Below, in pieces: positions 60,245 through 64,000 of a stretch of 64,000 nt of DNA (positions are counted from its first letter, which is position 1; each line of letters begins with the position of its first letter). The notes beneath the pieces were generated by a model that was not told where the DNA came from, did not search any database, and saw only the letters and a list, made by a program, of their open reading frames with translations. Both the position numbers and the translations under genes were made by a program. This DNA is from Dehalococcoidia bacterium (GTDB lineage Bacteria; Chloroflexota; Dehalococcoidia; Lucifugimonadales; Australimonadaceae), in NCBI GenBank assembly GCA_965219845.1, contig CBDCOP010000006.1, positions 294,670-358,669 of the forward strand, read 5' to 3'.

Positions 60245-60478
60245 ATGGCCGTAGTGAAGAGGTCGCTTAGGAACGTCCGGCAGCGTCAGGCGGTGAGAGC
60301 TTTCGTGAGGCTTGGGGGCATCGAACTGAGAGGACGAGGGAAAGGCAGCCATAAACTGGTCCGTATGCCGAATGGCCATACGCTGACCATACCCGGCGGA
60401 ACGCTCAACGTCTGGCTGTTGCGAGGCGTACTGAAGGATGCGGACGTGGCCGAGGAGAAGTTCCTGGAGGCGTTGTGA
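60245..60478 (+). CDS. HicA/YcfA-like toxin
   Basis: 77-aa ORF. The pattern RQAVRAFVRLGGIELRGRGKGSHKLVRMPNGHTLTIPGGTLNVWLLRGVLKDADVAEEKF fits the YcfA/HicA fold signature (GSH...TIP..G.L....L..VLK.A). Confidence 0.65.
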   Translation: MAVVKRSLRNVRQRQAVRAFVRLGGIELRGRGKGSHKLVRMPNGHTLTIPGGTLNVWLLRGVLKDADVAEEKFLEAL

Positions 60479-60503
60479 AGGACTGTAGCGAGGAGCGGGC
60501 AAG

Positions 60504-61466
60504 ATGACGACGCAGGTGAGGCGAAAGACGATCGAGTATACGTGCGAGGATTGCGGCAAGACGTTTCAATCCGGCAGGAGGCGATCAGGCCCGCTGTACT
60601 GTGCGTCGTGCGTGGAGGAACGGAGGAAGGTTGGCCTCGGCCCGCGTCAAACTGCACCGGAAGGGAGGGCCGGGCACGTAGTGGTTGGAGGCGTTCGATA
60701 CAAAGTGCTCATCTATCCTGCTGAGGAGGGCGGGTTCTGGGGCAAGGCGCCGCAGTTCCCGGGTTGTTTCTCCCAAGGCGGGAGCGAGGAGGAATTGCGT
60801 GCGAACCTGGAGGACGCCGTCGCGGCAGTTATCGAGGCATCCGGCGTGCAGTTCGAGGATCAGATACGACTGAGCGTCGAGGAGTTCGTGCAGGAAGCGC
60901 CTCGGTGGCATGCAAAGTACCTAGCGCATAACCCCGGAGTGCCTGCACTCGAAGAGGCCATCGGCGAAAGCAGAGCGCGTGGGTATCTGGACAGGAGCGA
61001 TCTCAAAGGCGTCGTCCTGTGGGGCGGCAACCCCTACGGCATGTGGGGGAAGATCGATCGTCGCAACAGTGATGAACGGATAGCACGTTGCTCCTCCGAG
61101 GCCATCGAACTGCTCGCCGACCCGGAGGCAGCGCTGGAACGCATCACGGGAATCCATGGGCTCGGCGCGAGTTTCGGCAGCAAGGCACTGGCGTTCCTCT
61201 CCCCGCAGACCTGCCCCATCCTCGATTCCGTCATAGACAAGGGATGCCTTATCTGGGCGGACAACTGGACGCACCGCTATGCAGACCTGGCCGCTCTCTG
61301 CGGGCATATCGCGGCGCGTCAGCCGGGACCGAACCCCGCGAGGCCCAAAGGCGCATGGTACGTGCGCGATGCCGAGATGGCGTTGTTCCAGTTTGCATGG
61401 CGCGGTCCCGGAGAGCCCGGACGGTACATCGTGGGGAAACTCCCTCTTGGCGGCGCGGACCCATAG
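60504..61466 (+). CDS. Three-part fusion: N-terminal CxxC...CxxC zinc ribbon, HicB-like antitoxin domain, ~200-aa C-terminal domain with HhH-like motif
   Basis: 320-aa ORF 25 nt after the hicA-like gene. Zinc ribbon YTCEDCG...YCASC. HicB core YKVLIYPAEEGGFWGKAPQFPGCFSQGGSEEELRANLEDAV. C-terminal ITGIHGLGASFGSKALAFLSPQTCPILDSVI. Confidence 0.6.
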   Translation: MTTQVRRKTIEYTCEDCGKTFQSGRRRSGPLYCASCVEERRKVGLGPRQTAPEGRAGHVVVGGVRYKVLIYPAEEGGFWGKAPQFPGCFSQGGSEEELRANLEDAVAAVIEASGVQFEDQIRLSVEEFVQEAPRWHAKYLAHNPGVPALEEAIGESRARGYLDRSDLKGVVLWGGNPYGMWGKIDRRNSDERIARCSSEAIELLADPEAALERITGIHGLGASFGSKALAFLSPQTCPILDSVIDKGCLIWADNWTHRYADLAALCGHIAARQPGPNPARPKGAWYVRDAEMALFQFAWRGPGEPGRYIVGKLPLGGADP

Positions 61467-61468
61467 GT

Positions 61469-61915
61469 ATGGCGGGCGGTCTGCGGGTTGCTCAGGCGGT
61501 ATCCGCCGGCGGCGTTGTCTGCGAGGAGCATGAAGGCGGCGTGATGGTGGCGCTCTGCGGCCGTCTGAAGACCGGTTTGTGGGCGTTGCCCAAGGGCACG
61601 CCGGACGGAGCCGAATCGCTGGAAGAGACGGCGTTGCGCGAGGTGCGGGAGGAGACCGGGCTGGCCGTGGAGATAGCGGCTTCGCTGGGGCACATCGAGT
61701 ACTGGTTCACCCGCGACGCCGAGCGTATCCACAAGCGGGTCTACTTCTACCTGATGCGTCCGTGCGGCGGCTCGTTCGACGACCATGACCCGGAGTTCGA
61801 CGTCGTGCGCTGGGTCTCCCCGGCGGACGCGCTCGACACGCTGACCTACCCCTCGGAGCGCGAAGTGCTGCGCAGGGCGATGGCCGCGCTGGGAGCAGGA
61901 GAGGCCACAGCATGA
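61469..61915 (+). CDS. NUDIX hydrolase
   Basis: ATG 3 nt after the upstream stop. Complete Nudix box GTPDGAESLEETALREVREETGL (Gx5Ex7REUxEExGU). 148 aa. Confidence 0.9.
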   Translation: MAGGLRVAQAVSAGGVVCEEHEGGVMVALCGRLKTGLWALPKGTPDGAESLEETALREVREETGLAVEIAASLGHIEYWFTRDAERIHKRVYFYLMRPCGGSFDDHDPEFDVVRWVSPADALDTLTYPSEREVLRRAMAALGAGEATA

Positions 61916-62451
61916 CAGAGACCGGCATCCGCGGACAGAAGGTCGTGCTCCGCGAGAAGCGGATCGAGGACGGCGAGGACGACCACCGCTGGCGGTCGGA
62001 CCAGGAGCTTGCGGAGCTCGACGCCGCGCCGCGCCTGCGGCAGCCGCTCCCCGACTTCCTGCGCGACTACGGGAATGAGTTGAAGTACCCCACGCCGTGG
62101 GTGCGCCGCTACGGCATCGACACGCTGGAAGGTCTGCACATCGGCAACTGCATGGTCTACGACATCGACAACTTCAAGGGACAGTGCGAGGTCGGCGTCC
62201 TCGTCGGGGACCGGGACTACTGGGGCAGGGGCTACGGTCGGGAGGCGGTGCAACTGCTGGTGGAGCAGTGCTTCAAGAACACGGCGATGAACCGGCTCTA
62301 CCTGCACACGCTGGAGTGGAACGCCCGCGCTCGCCGCGCGTTCGCGATGTGCGGGTTCCGGGAAGTGAAGCCCGTGCGCCGCGCCGGTTACAACTTCATC
62401 CTGATGGAGCTGATCCGCGATGAGTGGGAGGCGATGCAGGACGGGGCGTAA
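61912..62451 (+). CDS. GNAT-family N-acetyltransferase (RimJ/RimL-like)
   Basis: ATGA overlap with the Nudix gene. The motif DYWGRGYGREAVQLLVEQCF and NARARRAFAMCGFRE are typical of the RimJ/L subgroup. 179 aa. Confidence 0.85.
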   Translation: MTETGIRGQKVVLREKRIEDGEDDHRWRSDQELAELDAAPRLRQPLPDFLRDYGNELKYPTPWVRRYGIDTLEGLHIGNCMVYDIDNFKGQCEVGVLVGDRDYWGRGYGREAVQLLVEQCFKNTAMNRLYLHTLEWNARARRAFAMCGFREVKPVRRAGYNFILMELIRDEWEAMQDGA

Positions 62452-62477
62452 CGGCCTCGCTCATCCCCAGCCCCGAC

Positions 62478-62565
62478 CATTCACCCCCATCCTAACCTTC
62501 CCCCATCAAGGGGGAAGGGATCAACCAGCCCCGTTCCACCCCTGGCCGACGCTATGCAAGGGTTT
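62478..62565. repeat. REP cluster (B unit, A-flank remnant)
   Basis: ATTCACCCCCATCCTAACCTTCCCCCATCAAGGGGGAAGGGATCAACC; an unoccupied IS110-type target site sits at 62492|62493. Confidence 0.9.
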
Positions 62566-62569
62566 CGGA

Positions 62570-62992
62570 CTAGCGCGACGGTAGCGCAACGACTGCCTCA
62601 CCCGTGGTCGTGCGGAGGCCCGCGCCGTTCTCAATCCAGATATCGCAGCGTACGGAGCCGGCCTCCTCGTCCCGCTCCACCACCGTTCCTTTGCACGTCA
62701 GCACGTCGCCCGGAACGTCCATCTCGCGGTAGCGCACGGAGAGCGACAGGAGCCGCCCCTCGGCGCCTGCCCAGTCCGTGACGAGCTGGCCGAGGTACGC
62801 GCTCTTCAGCGCGCCGTGGAGTATGACACCGGGCAGCCCCTGCGCGTTGGCGAAGTCCTTGTCGTAGTGGATCTCGTAGAAGTCGCCGGACGCGCCTGCG
62901 TACATCACCAGCTGGCGGGTCGTCGGCTCCTTAACCAGCGCGGGCAGCTCCGCGCCGACCGCGGCGTCGTCCAGGTAGGTCTGCGTGCTCAT
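62570..62992 (-). CDS. MaoC-like (R)-hydratase hotdog-fold subunit
   Basis: ATG at 62992 in ORF 62570..63493(-). Hydratase motif YAGASGDFYEIHYDKDFANAQGLPGVILHG. 140 aa. Confidence 0.8.
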   Translation of the reverse strand: MSTQTYLDDAAVGAELPALVKEPTTRQLVMYAGASGDFYEIHYDKDFANAQGLPGVILHGALKSAYLGQLVTDWAGAEGRLLSLSVRYREMDVPGDVLTCKGTVVERDEEAGSVRCDIWIENGAGLRTTTGEAVVALPSR

Positions 62993-63405
62993 GCTGCGGG
63001 CATCCTTATGACGGTGTTGCGCTGCGTGGCGGCGAGTTCGCCACGCTGGTTCGTGTAGCGAGTGAGGTAGGTGGCGATGAGCATCGCCCCCATGCGGCCC
63101 TCGCGCTCGATGAGCGTCTCCATCTGGGTGACGAACGTGATCGCGTCGCCCGGACGGACCGGTTCGCCGTACGTCCACTCGCTGCCGCCGTCCAGCGCCC
63201 GGGGCACGGCCTCGCTGTCGGGAAGGGGAGGGATGGCGAGGCCCACGGAGCGCAGGAACGTGGGTGGCGCCACGTCCGGATACGCGGGGTTGTCGTCGCC
63301 GATGGCGGCGGCGAAGCGCTGGATGGCGCCGCGTTCGATGAGTGCGGTGCGCGGTTCGCCGTCGCGTCCGACGGCAGCCTGCATCGCGGGGGTGAGTATG
63401 GACAC
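62989..63405 (-). CDS. MaoC N-terminal-type hotdog-fold subunit (non-catalytic partner)
   Basis: 138-aa ORF overlapping the downstream partner by ATGA. IQRFAAAIGDDNPAY and PPTFL are typical of the HadA/FAS1-dehydratase-like half. Confidence 0.75.
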   Translation of the reverse strand: MSILTPAMQAAVGRDGEPRTALIERGAIQRFAAAIGDDNPAYPDVAPPTFLRSVGLAIPPLPDSEAVPRALDGGSEWTYGEPVRPGDAITFVTQMETLIEREGRMGAMLIATYLTRYTNQRGELAATQRNTVIRMPAA

Positions 63406-63479
63406 GCCTCTGCTCCGGTATGGGGTCGGCGGGCAGGCTAGTGGCGCGCGTTGGGAGTGTCAAGCGTCGGTATCGGAAT

Positions 63480-64000
63480 GTGTGGTTGGTCAATGATTAT
63501 GTCAGTGGGTAAGTGGTCACTGATTATGTCAGTCCATGAAAGGACTGACGTTGAGCACGAGAGAGCAATCGCGGATACAGGTGTTGAACAAGATGATCGG
63601 GAAGGAAGTGCCGGTGGCTGATGCGGCCGGGCTGATGGGTGTGAGCGAGCGCCATGCGTGGCGACTACTGGCGGCGTATCGAGAGGAGGGAGCTGCCGCC
63701 ATAGCACACGGAAACAGAGGCAGGGGACCGTCGACCGCCACGGCTGCAGAGGTTCAGGAGCGGGTGCTGGCCCTGGCTCAAGGCCGCTACGCCGGTTTCA
63801 ACCACTCTCATCTGACCGAGATGCTGGCCGGGCGGGAGGGCATCCACCTCTCGCGCTCCACCGTCCGGCGAGTCTTGTTGGCGGGTGGGGTCCGCAGTCC
63901 CCGGCGCCGGCGCGCGCGCAGGCGCTACCTGCGCAGGGCACGCTACCCCCAGGAGGGGATGCTGCTGCAGATCGATGGGAGCCGTCACGACTGGCTGGAG
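63480..64000 (+). mobile_element. Left end of an insertion sequence; transposase gene (from 63536) runs off the window
   Basis: TGATTATGTCAGT occurs twice (63494..63506, 63521..63533) just upstream of ATG 63536. My translation is MKGLTLSTREQSRIQVLNKMIGKEVPVADAAGLMGVSERHAWRLL...HGNRGRGP...LLQIDGSRHDWLE: an HTH plus the start of a DDE core, ISNCY/IS481-like. Confidence 0.75.

Overview
High-GC bacterial chromosomal DNA. I cannot assign a taxon from sequence alone, and I found no rRNA, tRNA or CRISPR. The window has two contrasting parts. (1) 1 to ~30.5 kb looks accessory: it lacks the REP-type palindromes that fill the rest of the window and its composition is patchy. It holds a Rieske-oxygenase / amidohydrolase / ABC-importer catabolic cluster. 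That cluster is interrupted by a 6.7-kb cassette bracketed by two ~99% identical 929-bp direct copies of a dead DDE insertion sequence. The cassette encodes a VOC-fold protein, a dienelactone hydrolase, a single-chain triple-RidA protein, an M24 creatinase/Xaa-Pro-type hydrolase and two SDR-like proteins lacking the catalytic Tyr. A ~10-kb stretch of decayed genes follows: IS481-type and IS256-type remnants, frameshifted addA/addB-like genes, a RecQ/UvrD-type helicase with frameshifts and an in-frame TGA, and an HTH remnant. (2) ~30.5 to 63.5 kb is GC-richer with intact genes. These include five MFS transporters, an ABC-2 exporter, gdhA, rnd, a threonine dehydratase, a lone molybdopterin oxidoreductase subunit, tldD/pmbA, a MaoC pair, several HicAB-type modules, and a five-gene amidohydrolase / triple-RidA / split-TPP-decarboxylase / amidase operon. 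Almost every intergenic spacer here carries one or more of four REP-like palindrome families. The most notable observations are: an IS110-family element inserted exactly inside one REP unit, whose 174-nt leader carries blocks matching both flanks and its own end (bridge-RNA candidate); a REP composite expanded in frame inside an MFS loop; two independent triple-RidA fusions; and a hicA-like gene followed by a zinc-ribbon/HicB/extra-domain fusion. The window ends inside another transposase gene. All family calls rest on motifs I recognise by eye; no database search was run.
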